A stretch of DNA of 64,000 bases from Lama guanicoe (taxonomy: Eukaryota). Position 1 is the first letter of the stretch; the number at the start of each line of letters is the position of its first letter. Position numbers and translations under genes: made by a program. The notes below the pieces were generated by a model. That model saw only the letters and a list, made by a program, of their open reading frames with translations, was not told the origin of the DNA and made no database searches. Below, in pieces: positions 1 through 14,309 of the stretch. The stretch is taken from contig MU053472.1 in NCBI GenBank assembly GCA_013239625.1, positions 2,825,822 to 2,889,821 of the forward strand. The letters run 5' to 3'.

Positions 1-275
1 GAATGTCAAAATACATAAAGCAAAAACTAACAGAACTAAAAAGAGAAATAAATAAATCAACAATTATAGTTGAAATTTCAACAACCTATTTTTTTAAAGT
101 TGATATAATAAATAAACTGAAAACCAGTATGGATATAGAACACTTGAACAATATGGAACACTATACCTGACAATAGCCAAATTCATATTATTTTCAAATA
201 TACATGAAACAGTCTCCAAGATAGACCATATGCTGTGGTATAAAATGAGCCTCAGGACATTTAAAAGACTGTGCC
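1..275 (+). mobile_element. L1 ORF2 (endonuclease region) fragment
   Basis: caattatagttgaaatttcaacaacc...catgaaacagtctccaagatagaccatatgctg typical of decayed L1 ORF2. Confidence 0.75.
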
Positions 276-3200
276 ATGTGGCAAGGTTAAGATCAACACA
301 AGGAGTACTGCTTAAGGAAAAGTAGCAAATGAAGGTCCTCAAAGGTTAATTTTTCTATTTAAGGATAGTGTCCTTTAATCTATGTGGTGGTAATTGAAGG
401 AAGTTAAACAACTATATATATACAGCTCACATTGTTATTCCCCAGGAAGCTCTATAAATTTCCTAGTTAGCCACTAAGTCACAAGTAACAGTCACTAACT
501 GTACAGATAGCCCCTGAGACTTCCTAATTATTGCCAATGGACGTTCCTTTTAAGGATAGATAGGTCAAACTTAATGATTGTGATGAAAAGTTACACTCTT
601 ATCAAAGTGACAGGATTTTAGGGCCCTTAACTGGTGGGGAGGTATTTCAGTATAGTCATTGTAAGTGAAGTCAATTCAACAAGATAGTTCAGCTGCTTGT
701 GACATATCGAACATCTGGTTTTGGTTCAGTTCAAGGCCTCATATATCTTAGTCTCATGAGCTGTATTACATTATATTTTCCAAAATTTTGATAATGGAAT
801 AATTTTGCTTTGTCCAGGATAAAAGATGTAGTGCTTGCCCAGGCAAGAGGATGTCTAGATGAGAGAAAAACCATAGACAGATCAGGGGTAGGATTTCTAA
901 CAAGAGCAGATATAGGTACTTGTGGAAAAAGTGTTTTAACTTAAAATATTCTTTTAAGATAAAATTTTAAAGTTATACTTCTATAATGTACACTCTTTCA
1001 TGAATAGTGTAAAAAGATGAAGCTTTAGTGACTGCAAAAAAATTCTATGGGATCAACTTTTATTCTAGCTTCAGGAATAGTAAATATACTACTAGCTCTG
1101 TCTAATTAAGAAAATCTTGAATTAAAAAAATTATCCTAGAGATAAAATGAACATTCCTGAAATTATACCAAACAAAAACATCCTAGTCTGGTAGTGAAAG
1201 TTAGTTCTAAGTAGTGCCCTGATAATAATGTAATACCTATATAAGCTCTGAGAAAGTAGTCCTGGTGCCACAAACACTAATCAGGGTCTTTGTAAAGAAA
1301 GGGATAGTCACATCTTAATCCCTGAAAATAACTGCCTTAGTAAATAACAAATTTGTATATGTATTGCTGTTTCATTGGGAAACAAATGTTTTCCGGATTT
1401 TTAATTTTACTGTTTGATTCATTGGGGGGCCCTTACTTCCAGAAACATTTTTTAAAAAGTAGAAACCTATAATGGTCATATTAGTAAACCAGCCTAATTT
1501 AGCCAAGACTTCTTATCAACCAAGATGAACATGATATCACATTAAGAATGTAGTATATGTATATATGAGTTGTTTAAGGAAGATGAGCAGACAGACAGAC
1601 ATTCTTCCACTTTAGGCGGCTCCCTCAGAACTGATAAAACATTTCTAAAGACGAGTTGTTTGCACAACATCTGTAATGTCAATTCATAGCCTAATCCATC
1701 ATCCATACACAGAAGTCAAGTGAGATCCCAAAGGCAAAATTTCCAATTAGTTTTGTCTGGAAAGTTTAGAGCAAAGGTAATAAAATCAAGAATCCTGCGC
1801 TGATTCACTGGGAAAACATTTGTTTGCCACACTCCTTCACTAAGGAACAAAAGGAGTCAGTGGTTAGTCTGGAATGTGATTCATTAGGAATATCTGGGTG
1901 ATAAATAAATGAAAGGAGATGACAAATGAATGTCTGCATGCTTGCAAAATCTTTGTTTTCTTTAAGTCCGACTTTTAGGGGACTTTAGAAATGCTCTTGC
2001 AAACAGAAATTCTCCTCTCCAAATTCTTTTAATCATTGCTTTTCTCATCATAGCCAGAAAAAAACTTACCTAAGGTTATGGTGTACAACAAATAATTCTA
2101 GAAGGCTGGAGCATAAAACTGTTGATTCCAAACGGGAACCGAGAAATTTAACTAGTGCTTATATTCTTTTTGTGAAGAAGGTCCCCACTTTACAAACTAA
2201 GACCTTCGCCCCATCTCTCCCTATAAAATGCAGTATAGTATGTAAAAAGGCAGTAGTACCAGCCATTAGTTAATGCAGATTTTAGTTTTCTAAATCTGTC
2301 AGTAACTTATTAGATGTGATCAGACTTCTATCTCATATTCCTTATTTGATGAAAAGCTAATAATAATAATGCCTGCACAACCTAGGGAACAGAGCAATGT
2401 ATGAAGTTACATATTTATATACTAAAAGTGTTATGATAAGTATAAAATAACCAAAACAAAAATGTGGAAACTCTGTAGTTCATGCTTCAAGTTATAAGGA
2501 ACTGTCTTCAGAGTCATTTTTACTTAAATCAATCCATAAATAAAAACAATGCTGCACTTTTCTTCTCTAAATCTATGCAATTTTGATCACTGAGTTGATT
2601 TAAGTGTTCAGGAGAAATGGACTACACATTTATAAAGACAGCTTTAAAAAAGGTTATTATAAATTATTTAAAATATATATCCAAGAGAACAGATTTTGCA
2701 TAAACTGAATCTTCTTAGTGTTCATTTAAGTAGATATTAATAAATAGGGACTTTAGGGCAGGAAGTCAGCCAGTCTCTTCATACCCTTCTGGGTGGTGAA
2801 AACCCAGCCCTATGTCCTGGAGACCTTGGGTTCTACTTTTGATGTGATGCTCTTAAGAGTTAATATATGAGTCATTCCTTGGGGGAAAGACAGGAGAAGA
2901 GCCGACCGACCGTACCCTCATCAAAAAAAAGGGCAAACAGACCTTTTCTAAGAAAGGCCTGTTGGTCTTCCCGCAAAAGCCCTGAGTCACTGCATGCTTA
3001 TAGTCAGAGTCATTGTACCTATATAGATCAAGATCAAGTCACACTAGAAACTGACTTTTGGCAATTTCTTCCTGTTTTTGTCTTACAGAGGAATAGACAA
3101 AGCAATGGAGCAATAATCAGAAGTCAAGCAGAAAAAAAGTGAAGGGGTTGGCTAACAATTTTCAAAAGAATTATTCCACCTCATGGTATTAAACAATTGC

Positions 3201-4767
3201 TACAATACTTCTCTTACTGAAAGTACTTCGCCATTCCATTTCAATCCATGTACATACAGTTTTCCAAGTAACATTTACTTTAGGCAATAAATAGCCAAGA
3301 GTCAAAAAGTGTAAGAAAGAGCTTTATATACATATAAAATAGTACTAAAAAGTACTATATACATACTATAAAGTACTTGCTCGTTAAAGCAAACAGGGTG
3401 CTATATACAGAGATGTTCTATAAATATTTGATAGTAATCACGATGTCGCATTTTAAGAGACACACAATTTTTAACCCCATTTTACTGATGAAATAACCCT
3501 AAACTTTACAGCAGAAAGTTTAAATCTTACAGAGACGAGTATCTCATGACTAACTTTTCTTGTATTTATTTTATAACAAAGAGCCAAATTTTTTTCTATT
3601 AAAATGGTCACATTAAACAAATGACTTATAAATACCATTCAGATAATAATGCTTTGATGTTATACCTTCTTTAAAAACTTGATTTATTTTACAGTTTAAC
3701 TGAATAGCTCCCAAACTTTTCTACATCCAAATCACATCAAAAGAGCACAGTTCCAATGATTTCAACCTGTGAAAATCCCTCCCATTTTGATTCCCAAAGG
3801 CGAGGGAATTCAATGACTAAGATACATGCCAAAGAGAAAAGTTATCTATAAAATATAGTCCGTTTTCTATTTATAGTTCAATATTTAAGTATCTTTAAAA
3901 ATTTTTAAATGATTGTTGATAGTTTTTGTTCTCAGAGTTCTTTGTCTAAGAGCTGGGCTTATTTGAAAGGAATATTGGTTTTTTTAAGCCTTTCTCCAGG
4001 AAACCACTCCACCTAGTGTCAAAAACTTCATATATCACATTATTTGTAAATTCTTGCCAAAGGGCTCATTCTCTTTGTTACTGTTATATAGAGCAGACTT
4101 TATGAATCACTGATGGCACATACAGTTTACAAATGGTTCTTAAATCTTCTCCCTTATAAATTGATGAATAACAATGTACATGCATGTGAGGAGCATGTCT
4201 GAGATACATTTCTCATTATCAAGTATCAAAATTCCTGTCTTTGTAACCTGGTTGTTTATAAAATTATGAATCATATTTTCTAGTAATGGGAAATAATTCT
4301 AAGGGAGCTACTGAAACAACCCTATCACTTCTACCAATTGTTTGCAACAATATAAATGTAATCCATAAATTATTTATTTCTCAAAATGAATACAGTGTTG
4401 AAAAAAATGGCATTTAATAATCACATCCATCAACGGTTTAAATGTGAATTTAGAACTAAATCTTGCCTTCACCAGGCAGCTCATTTGGAAGAAATTCTTC
4501 CATTTTTCTCTTTATGAAAAAAAAAAAGAATTTTTTTTTTTTTTACCTTGATGGTTTTCTAGACTCGCATAACTATATTCTCTTCTAAAACACCATGTTA
4601 CGTCTAGTATTATGACCTGGAAAAGGGAAGTGACAATCCTTTTTTGGCAAATGGAGGAATCAAATGATTAACATGTCATGTAAAAATCTTGGAAGGTGGC
4701 TAGCTCACTAAGGCTCCCAAGCTCGATATGCTTCTCTGGTATACTACTGTCATCCCATGAGTTGGAG

Positions 4768-4989
4768 CAAGAATTCCGAAACTACAGCTTGCAGATCAAA
4801 TCCGGTCTGCCACCTGTTTTTGTGAATAAAGGCTGATTAGAAAACAGTCACATTCATTCTTTTATACTCTGCCCTTGGATGCTTCCTTATTATCATGACA
4901 CATCTGAGGAGCTGCAAGAGAGACCGTATGACCCGCAAAGCCTAAAATATTTACTCTCTGGCCTCTTACAGAAAAAGTGGTGCCCCTGG
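4768..4989 (+). mobile_element. MER58A-like hAT-Charlie MITE
   Basis: aaactacagc...caaatccggtctgccacctgtttttgtgaataaag...gacccgcaaagcctaaaatatttactctctggcc..tacagaaaaagt. Confidence 0.8.
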
Positions 4990-6049
4990 GCTGTCTTGCC
5001 TTGGGTCAACTCATTATTAAGGTGAAAATTTTGCCACATCCAAACACAGAGATGCATCAAAGAGGTTAACAGCAGTCATGTTCCCTTCATTAACTTACTG
5101 TTTTCACTCTGGGCACAATTTCCACTAGTAAATAAGCATTCCTGGGTAACTTGTGTTTTGGATCTCCTGAAAGGAAACCCCACTACATGCTTGCTAAGAC
5201 TAAAATAAATTTGTTAATGGATTTCAGGAAATTAGTATCCAAGAGAAGAGGGCTTATAAGGTGTGATCTTAGAAAAATCTGCCAGCCACAGAATCTTCTA
5301 TGCATCTGATCGACTTATAAAAAACACGAATAAAGTAAATGAATGAACTCAGTAAACCTGCACTATTTGCCAGGCAAAATTTGCTCATGAAAAAAGACAT
5401 TCAACAAAGGAACAAAAAAGTGCCTGCATAAGAAATAAAAAGAAGAAAAGCAGTTTACAAATGCTATTTCTAATCCATTATATAATAATGATTCTTTCCT
5501 TATATGAAAATATAACATACCTACTACACAGATACATCAGAGATCATAAGCATGTTTGCACACATTAAAAAATTACAACCACATTTAAGCCATTCATCGT
5601 GCCTGTTATCTTAAGTAAATTTAATGCCAAGAGCATATTAAAATGTTGATTTATAAAGCCGAGAGTAGATACAGTTTTATTTACTGGGGAAATATAAAAG
5701 AGGATATACCAGCTCTAGTTTGAAAAAAGTCTCAGAAAAACGAATGTTATCTAAACGTAACATTTCCAATTCTAGGAAGTAGTTAGATGCCCACTTAAAA
5801 TAACTACAACAGATATTATTTTCAGGTATATTTACCCAAAAATGACTATAAAATTCTAAAACAAAAGAGCAGACGTTCTAAAATGAGAGTATTTACTTAA
5901 GTATAGTACATATAGAAAAGTATATAACACAAGCATCCTAATAAATTATTTCAGACAGGTATCTGCTATCTAGATCAAGAAACAGAAACACCCAAGAGAG
6001 ATACATAATATTGGTTGTCAAGACTTACTACAAAGCTGCTGTGATAAAG

Positions 6050-7740
6050 ATTTTTTTCAATCACTTTGTCAATTTCCACAAAAATACTTACTCAGAGTAG
6101 GTTTGACATAATATATCATTTCTTTAACCCAGATCTTTTTGCTTCCAATAATATTTTACAATTTTACGTGGAGGCCAGGCACACTTCTTGTTAGATTTAT
6201 CCCTAGATGTTTGCTTTTAACAATGTTATTACAAATGGTGTTTCTAAAAATGTTCATTCTCTAAGTGTTTACTGTACTATACAGAAATACAGTTGTTACA
6301 CGTATTTTGTCTATGTTATACTTCCCTATTAACTCTCCAAGTTTGTGGAAGTTATCTCATTCTCTTTTAGTTTTGCCAAATTTTGCTCTTTATACGTTGA
6401 GTACATATTATTAAATACAAATTTAGAAGTGTTATTTCTTTCCTGTGAATTGAATCTAACAACGAACACTATGTATTAACAATTCTTGCCTCATATTCTA
6501 CTTTGGTTCAATATAACTATGTGAGCTTCTTCTTGGTTGACACTGAATGGCTCATTTTTTCCCATCCTTTTATTACTAATCTTTCTGTGCATTCATATTT
6601 TAGGTATGTAGATTGGATATAGCAAATAGTTGAATTTCTTAATATTTATTTGGATAATTGGAAGGAACATTTATTCTACTTACATTTATATAATTATTGA
6701 TATATTTGAATTTAAATCTACCATCAAAGGCTTACTACTCATCCTGCCTGTTCTGTGTTCCTTTGGCCTCCTTTCTTTCCCTCTATTGGCTTGACTTTTT
6801 AAAAATAACTTGATTTTCACCTGTGCCCATTAGTTAAATAGTTGTATATTCTTGTACTGCTTACTCTAAAGATTATAATATAAATCTTCATTTGAAGTCT
6901 TATATAAATCAATATTTTACATTTTCCAGAGCAATGCAAAGATTTTAGAATAATTTAATTTCAATTATTCCACATATGATTTGTATATGATGTACTCTAA
7001 TTCTATTTTGAATCTCTCAAAACATAATCATTACTGTTGCTTTAAAACATTTTTTTTTCTTGAGGAGGTGGTAATTAGGTTTACTGAATTTTTTTTTTAA
7101 TGGAAGTACTGGTGATTGAACCCAGGACCTTATGCGTGCTAAGCACAAGCTCTACCACTTGAGCTACTCCCTCCCTCCATCATTACTGCTTCTAATGTCA
7201 ACCAATTTAAATTTACCCATATATCTACCCTTTCCTTAATCTTTATTCATTCCCAAATCTCTAAGCTTCAATCCTGAATCACTTTCCTTCTATTCAAAGA
7301 ATAATTTTTATACTTCCTTTAGAGCATGTTTAATGGTGACAAACTGTTTCTGTTTTTCTGAAAATATCTTTATTTTATATCAGTCATGGGACACTTTGAG
7401 TACAGAATCTTCTGTTGGTAGTTATTTTCTTTTAGCCCTTTGAAGATACCATTCCACAGTCATCTGACTTCTCAGCAAAATCAATGACGGCAAATGAGTT
7501 CTTCTGAAGATAGTATGTTTTTTTCTCCATCGCTCCTTTTTTTCCTGGATATTTCTCTCTGACCTATTTTGCAGTTTATTACCTCTCTCTTAGCTGTTGC
7601 CTACCGAAGTTCATTAACTGAGTTCTTAACTTCAGTTACTATGTTTTTTTAAATTCTAAAATTTCCATTTGCTCTCCTGTGTAGCTTCTAATGCTCTGCC
7701 AAAATTCTCAAACTTCTGTGAACACACTGATTATGGATTA
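6050..7740 (-). mobile_element. Old L1 (L1M/L1ME-type) fragments, interrupted by a SINE
   Basis: T-rich decayed L1 antisense motifs (ttgttagatttatccctag, ttcccatccttttattactaatc, tttgaagataccattccacagtcatctgactt). Confidence 0.7.
7050..7178 (-). mobile_element. Camelid tRNA-derived SINE (Vic-1-like)
   Basis: Reverse of gggagggagtagctcaagtggtagagcttgtgcttagcacgcataaggtcctgggttcaatcaccagtac with A-rich tail; Pol III A/B boxes. Confidence 0.85.
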
Positions 7741-7796
7741 AAGTACATTAAAGTACTGGCATTATATAGTCATAAGTACAGATAAATAATATAGAG

Positions 7797-7830
7797 AGAA
7801 AGAATAGAATAGAATAGAATAATAGAAATA
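7797..7830. repeat. (AGAAT)n microsatellite
   Basis: agaatagaatagaatagaat. Confidence 0.8.
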
Positions 7831-7984
7831 CAGGTAAATAATAGAACCTAAGGAGAGCTATTTGAGGATTTCATATTTATCCAGAATAGAACCTGCAAAT
7901 ATAGTCCAGTATATTGGCTGTATCAGCAATGAATGCCACCTAGTGGCAAACTAATATAGACATACTAAGAAAAAAAAGTCCTAG

Positions 7985-8140
7985 AAGAGTGGTCCTTAAC
8001 CTTTTATGGGTTACAGAGTCTTTGGAGAATCTAATACTACAGGTCCTTTTTGCCCAAAAGACGCATATTTACGAAGACACATAACACATACACCATTCAG
8101 GAAATTAACAGAGATCCTAAAGTCCATTTGTTGACTATTA
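7985..8140 (+). mobile_element. hAT-Charlie non-autonomous fragment
   Basis: agtggtccttaaccttttatgggttacagagtctttggagaatct resembles a Charlie-type terminus. Confidence 0.45.
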
Positions 8141-9412
8141 ATACTAATGGAACAAACCAACTAACTGAGAGGCCCAAGAGCTCCCCTTGAGCCTTCAGAA
8201 GGAATCCATTCACTTTTCCCTTCATCGCTTCCTCTTGGGTTAGCAGCACTATTCCTGTGTAAACAGTATCTTACTTTTCCTTTGTGGCTACATATCTGTC
8301 CTCGGCAAAGTACTAGATTTCTACCATTCTCAAACGAATTTACAAAATTTGATATTAGACCAAACTAATCATTTTCCCTGTTGATTTTCACTAAATTGAG
8401 TGTGGACCAAATAACTTTTTACTTCTAATGTTCAAAGAAGTTATGAGAATTTCCAGGACATCTACATAAAGTCATAACTTTTCACTTGTATCTAAAAATA
8501 TAAATGGAATTATTGATTGATAAACTTAAAAATCAAGATAACTTTTTCATTTTAAAGGCAGATACATAGATATCTAATATTTTAGGAAATATAGTAACAT
8601 TTCTAGATCACCATTTAGTTGTATAATGAGATATAATTAACTGAATGATATTTCCAAAAGAGGAACTTCCATACTGGGAAGAATCTAATTGAGAAATTTT
8701 GTCTATGCAGGAAAAATTTTCCTGTTTCACTTTGAAGTCATGATTTCCAGTAAAGAGAACCATGATCAAGAATGAATTAATTCTCCCTCTGTTAAACTCG
8801 GTTTCTTTTTTAACTGTTTTGCTGCAAATTATTGTTAAAAGAAGGGTTATATTTCTGACCAGATCACTCTTTTAATATGGTCATTTGTTTTCTTGACTAA
8901 GGAATTATATGTATATGGAAAAGGTACCTGTCCCATCAGCACAAAAATGTATGACATGAGAATGTTAATGTCACATCTCCCTAAATGACGATTATGTAAA
9001 GGTTCATAAAGGAAAGGAGGTATAATTAGAACTTTCTAGACACAAGCACATTGCAAATATAAAACAAAAGGAATGGTGATCTGTAAGGATAAAACTGTAT
9101 CAACCATCTATCACCAAGAAAATGTTGAGATTTAAAAATCTAACCATAAATTATTTCAACTAGCTTCTTAAATAATACAGATCAAATTCTTAATCCTTTA
9201 GATTCTGCTTTGCCTCTGGTTTCCTGGCTATTTTTCTCTATTCTCTATTTGCCAAAGTTCACAAATGCATGGTCTATACTCACTGATATTTTTTACTACA
9301 CCTTTGCTACACTATTGGTTGCTGACTACCTTTGCTCCCGGGAGGACTACATGAGATAATTCATGTAAAGTGCTGAGCACAGAGCGTAACAGTCAATAAA
9401 TTTTAGCTAGTC

Positions 9413-9740
9413 TATCAGTCAGGACAGGTTGTAAGAACAAACAATCCTAAAATCTCAGTCGCTTAAAATCACAAAGTTTATTTCTCCCTTACTCTGTATA
9501 TCCATCAGAGGCTAGCAAAAGGAATCTGCTCATCAAAGCCAGAGACTCAGGCTTCAGGTGAAAGACAGTACGACAAAAGCTTGAAGCTTCTGCCAGGAAG
9601 CAAAACCTACCAGTTATGCTCAGATTTCATTGGTCAAAGCAAACCATATGGCTGCAGTTCAACAGGACAAGGATGCAACATCTCCCCGCAGGTACAGATA
9701 CCACAAACATGAGCACCAAATATGGATAAGAAACAACAGA
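9413..9740 (-). mobile_element. MLT1-type (ERVL-MaLR) LTR relic
   Basis: aacaaacaatcctaaaatctcagtcgcttaaaatcacaaagtttatttctc; cagatttcattggtcaaagcaaaccatatggc. Confidence 0.7.
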
Positions 9741-10179
9741 ATTGACTTCAGCTCGTATTACTCTGATGACAATGATGATGATAATGTCTGTCGTATTTAT
9801 TAGCAACAGAAGTAGTTGATTTCTTGTAGTCTGACTTCCATCCCAACAAGGCAATTGAAAAATAAAAGATCAGTGACATCTTTTATTTTCCTTTTGCTTG
9901 AGCTCTCTGAAAATGTTTTTTTTTGGTAAATGTTTGTTTTTCTTCATTCTTCCTGTTACACCTAGGGAATCCTGGAAGGAATCTTGTGTCTAAACTAAAT
10001 TATCAAAGAACTAAAGACAATATGGTCAAGTGGAAATGGCATATGCTGGGTCTGTCTTTATATTTCTTTTTGATATTAACATATTTATTGCTCTCCAAGG
10101 CTTTATGTACTGAATTTGCTTGCTATATTAGCCTTTTATCCATGTTTGATCACTATTGTCTAAAAAAGTGTTCTTTTGA

Positions 10180-11070
10180 CAAAAATCAATAACGATTCAT
10201 GATTAAAAACTCTCAGGAAAAAAATATTTGCAGCAAACTAGGAAGAGAAGTCAGCTTCATTAACTTGATAAAGAACATCTACAAAAACCTACAGCTAACG
10301 TGATACCTAACGGTGAGACACTAGAGACTTTTCCACTAAGGTTGGGAACAAGGCAGGATGTCCCTCTCATCACTACTATCCAGCATCATACTGGAAGACC
10401 TGGCTAATGCAATAAGACAATGAAAAAAAAAATGAAGGGGTATACAGAGTGAAAAGGAAGAAATAAAGCTTCCTCCAGATGAGATGATTTTCTACATAGA
10501 AATCAACAACAAAGTCCTGAAACTATTAAGTGATTATAGCAAGGTTGCTGAATACAACATCAATACACAAGTCAATTGCTTTCCTATATATCAGCAATTA
10601 ACATACACGAATCCTGTACCTAGGTATTTACCCAAATGAGTTGAATGCATACACAAACACACACACACACACAAAACTTGCACATGAATGTTTGTAGCAG
10701 CTTTATTCATAATTGTCATAACCTGGAAATAAACATGATGTCCTTCAGTAAGTCAATGGATAAACAAACTGTGGTGGTAAGTCCAGAAGCTGGACTATTA
10801 TTCAGTAATAAAAAGAAATGAGGTATCAAGCCATGAAGACATGTAGAAACTTTAAATACTAATAATAGAGGGAACTATCATGTTTGTACACCTGAAACTA
10901 ATATAATGTATATACGTCAATTATGCCTAAGATTTAAAAAAAATTGGGTAAACTCTCTGTGTGCGTCTGTACATGTGTAAAGGTATATGGGACTCTATCC
11001 TTTCAGTTCAATTTTCATATAAACCTAAAATGGGTCTGAAAAACAAAGCCTACTAATTAAAAAAAGGAAA
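10180..11070 (+). mobile_element. L1 (L1MB/L1MC-type) ORF2 and 3' UTR fragments
   Basis: ttgataaagaacatctacaaaaacctacagctaac, ggaacaaggcaggatgtccctctcatcactactatccagcatcatactggaag, gaatgtttgtagcagctttattcataattg. Confidence 0.85.
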
Positions 11071-11659
11071 AGAAAGTGTTCTTAGTCCTTCACAAATCTC
11101 CCCTTTCTCTCTATCCAGCCTCTGGCACCAGCAACCCACCAGGATCAGGTGAAGCTCTCATCTACCTTGCAACATAATTACAGTATCTCTTTAAATTTCT
11201 CTTTTCAGAATATATGCTATGCTCTGAAAGAACAAATGAATATTTAACAGGTTTCTATTCAGCTAATGGTATCAACATCTTCTCATTTCAAAAACCAACA
11301 GTTCTTTGGCTCCTTCTTCCCCATACTAAAGCAGTAAAATTTCCCCCAAATCTGTCTTGTTTCATCCCAAGCCACAGCCACTGCAACCGCTTTAGAAAAA
11401 GTCCCATAATCTTAGAGAAGTTGTGTACTATAGATCAATTCTTAAATTATTCTTCAAACCATTAATAAAGCAACCCTTTGAATAATCATATCTTAATATT
11501 TATTATACCTGCTTCAGATGAACTCACTGAAGCAGAGTGGAAGTGTTTGCATTGTTGAACTTTATTCCACAATCAGTACTGCTGTGACAACTTTTCAGCT
11601 GTTTTTCTCCATCAAGGTTAAGTTGTTTTCAAGTATGAAATTGTTTTCAATATATTAAT

Positions 11660-11812
11660 CAGAGGCAGGAAGAGAGTGACACGAGAGGCATCCAGGGCAC
11701 AAAATTTAAGGAGGCATTCACTTATCAACTCCACACTCACATGACCCCAGAAGTGCCTACGTAAATTCTATGCCCTACATGTCCTGCTTGTCACCCCTAG
11801 TCCTAGATTTGC
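11660..11812. mobile_element. MER96-like palindromic hAT-Tip100 MITE
   Basis: agggcacaaaatttaaggaggcatt is the imperfect inverse of agtgcctacgtaaattctatgccct. Confidence 0.65.
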
Positions 11813-12447
11813 TATTATTTCAGTATATCTGTCAATGTCTAAAGGAAAATCTATCTTTTCTCTCTAATTTCAACTAAGTAAAAAAGTATTTTTTAGTAAG
11901 GGTACATTTTATACTTTGATTTTAAAGGGTTTAAGAAAGCATTAGTTCTACATATGTAATATTTCATCAATTACATTCAATAAGAATATCAAAATAACTA
12001 TCCAGGTATGTACACGATGTCTGAAGATGTGAGGGAAGACACTCTCATTTGTTGATTAACAGAGAAAATAAACTGTCCAAATTAATTCTAAGCCTTACAT
12101 GGAATTTTATACATTTAAATAACTTCAACTATTAAAATGACAATTGCATAAGCAAGCGAATCATTACTCCAAACTCTGGAAGGAAAAAACATTTCCTGGC
12201 TGAATTAATATAAGTAAACAATCTCATTTGCCTAAAGGTTTTTCCTCCCTTTTCTTTTTAAATCCTCAAACCAACAGGAAAAACAAAACAGAATTCCAAA
12301 TCAAACTTAAAGCACTGACCAGAGGATTAGCATGCATATGAAACACAAAGGTATTCAAATACAAAACTTAGAATTTTAACTTCTGAAGTAAAAGAACGAA
12401 TTAAAACATAATCTCTTTCAGCCTTGCTTATTAAAAGTCATTCTTAC

Positions 12448-12558
12448 CAGATAAAGCAGAAAGGTGTGCAGCCCTGTTCCAAGCCCAACAGAAGACAAAA
12501 TTCCTAAGCCTATCCAGTAGGCATACAAAAGGAACTGTTTCTCTATACGTTGCACATA
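12448..12558 (-). CDS. VMP1: VMP1 exon 5 (111 nt)
   Basis: [37 protein letters not shown]; acceptor tttttcag, donor gtaaga. Confidence 0.97.
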
Positions 12559-13933
12559 CTGAAAAACAAAAGGGATGAGGTGAAAACAAAATCAGAATTC
12601 TTAAACAGAAATGTGGTATTTATCAACTACAATCCAAATAAAACAAACCAATTAAGTTTCCAATGGGATGAAAGCATTAAGGTTAAAAGCTCCATGAAGA
12701 GGCTTACTTCCTCTAACACGTAGTAGCAGAGATAGCAAAGAAGTTATTCTAATAGGAAAAAAGCTAATTTCTACATTTAAAAAAATCCTATTATAACAAT
12801 GACATTTATAGGAAAAACGCAAATTACTGATAACTATGAGAATAAAAAATTTTAAGATACTTGAAAGTTACAAAAACTTTGTTTAAAAAAGCATAATAAT
12901 ATACACTGGTAAGAGCAGTTATTTATATAATGTTTGAGACCAGAATGTATTCTTATTTATCTAAGGCAAAAATGGGAATAAAATTATTTTTGTATATTGA
13001 AGACCAAGACGCTTTTCAAACAAGAGCAAACTGAAATCCACTGGGATATGGACTTGGAAGATTTCCAGACTTTAGAGTCTAGATTTTCACACTGGCAAGT
13101 AAATTCATCAAGCCAGTTCCCTGCACTCTTGATAGCATACACAGATTTCTTTAAAATATTTAAATGCATTTAAAACTATAAAAATGTCTCTGAGATTAAA
13201 TTGCTTCCCTCCCTCCATTTTTAATGACATTTATCATTTTCCAGTTTTACAAGCAATATGTTTATTACAGACAACTAGAAATACATGAAAGCATAAAGCT
13301 AAAAATAACAATCACCCATAATCTCTACCCCCCAGAGATAATCACCATTAACATTTTGACGCATTTAGAGATAAACTGCTTTAAAATATGAAATGATACC
13401 ATTTTAGAACCATGTCCTATTAGAAAACATTAACCTGCTATTTTAATAAAAGTCATTAACCAAATGTTCTATTTTCCCTTCAGTTATGCTGTACTTACAG
13501 ATTATAGGCAAATGAACTTCCCATTTTATACATATAAAACCAAACCTTCAATCTAGGATGAGTATATCAGTTTGGATAGATAATAGGAGTGTTACAGAAA
13601 ATATGAAGACTTGGGTAGTGATGAAAGGATTCATGCTGTTTTGACTAAACAGCATCAGGAAAGTTACATTTAAATCCTTAAAGGTAAAAAGGAATGATAG
13701 ATACCAAATATAAATGCTGAGCATCCATGAACTTCGACAACAATAGTTTTTACTAGTTGGTCTTAAAAGTAAGACATCAAGATACTAATTAAGAGATAAA
13801 TTTAAAAAAAAAATCAACCAAGCCTAAAAATGTTGAGGATAAAAATTCTACGAAACGCTCAACAGTCCCATTTTGAAACTGTCTGGGATTAGGGAGGATA
13901 CAAGAATAGAAACAGAGGTGCTGAACCTCTTAC

Positions 13934-14024
13934 CTTTTGATGTGCTCCTTCAACATAATACGTAGCTGTAAGCATAGCAAGCAGCAGTAAAAAAGACACC
14001 ACAATGCTCTGACGATGCCATAAT
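13934..14024 (-). CDS. VMP1: VMP1 exon 4 (91 nt)
   Basis: (K)[30 protein letters not shown]; acceptor gttttcaag, donor gtaaga. Confidence 0.96.
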
Positions 14025-14309
14025 CTTGAAAACAAATTTTTTAAAAATGAAATATGTCAGTCTCATTTTCAGGATTCATCACTCTCAAAACAACTTCCTG
14101 ATGAAGCAGGTTATTTAGCTTGGTTACAGAAATGGTTCTTTCTGGATTGAAGGTCTTTTGTTCTTAAGCACTATGGTCTCTTGGTGGTGAAGAAGGGGGT
14201 CAAGAGAAGGTACATGGGTATAGAATCTAGTTTCTTTTTAGACACCCCATCATAGCCTTTCCCTTATCCAAAGACTGATCTTGTATATACCCTAACTTCT
14301 AATTGGGAC

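Noticed and set aside
4517..4544. A11-GAA-T14 inverted homopolymer
   Set aside because: Low complexity; nothing else supports a functional hairpin
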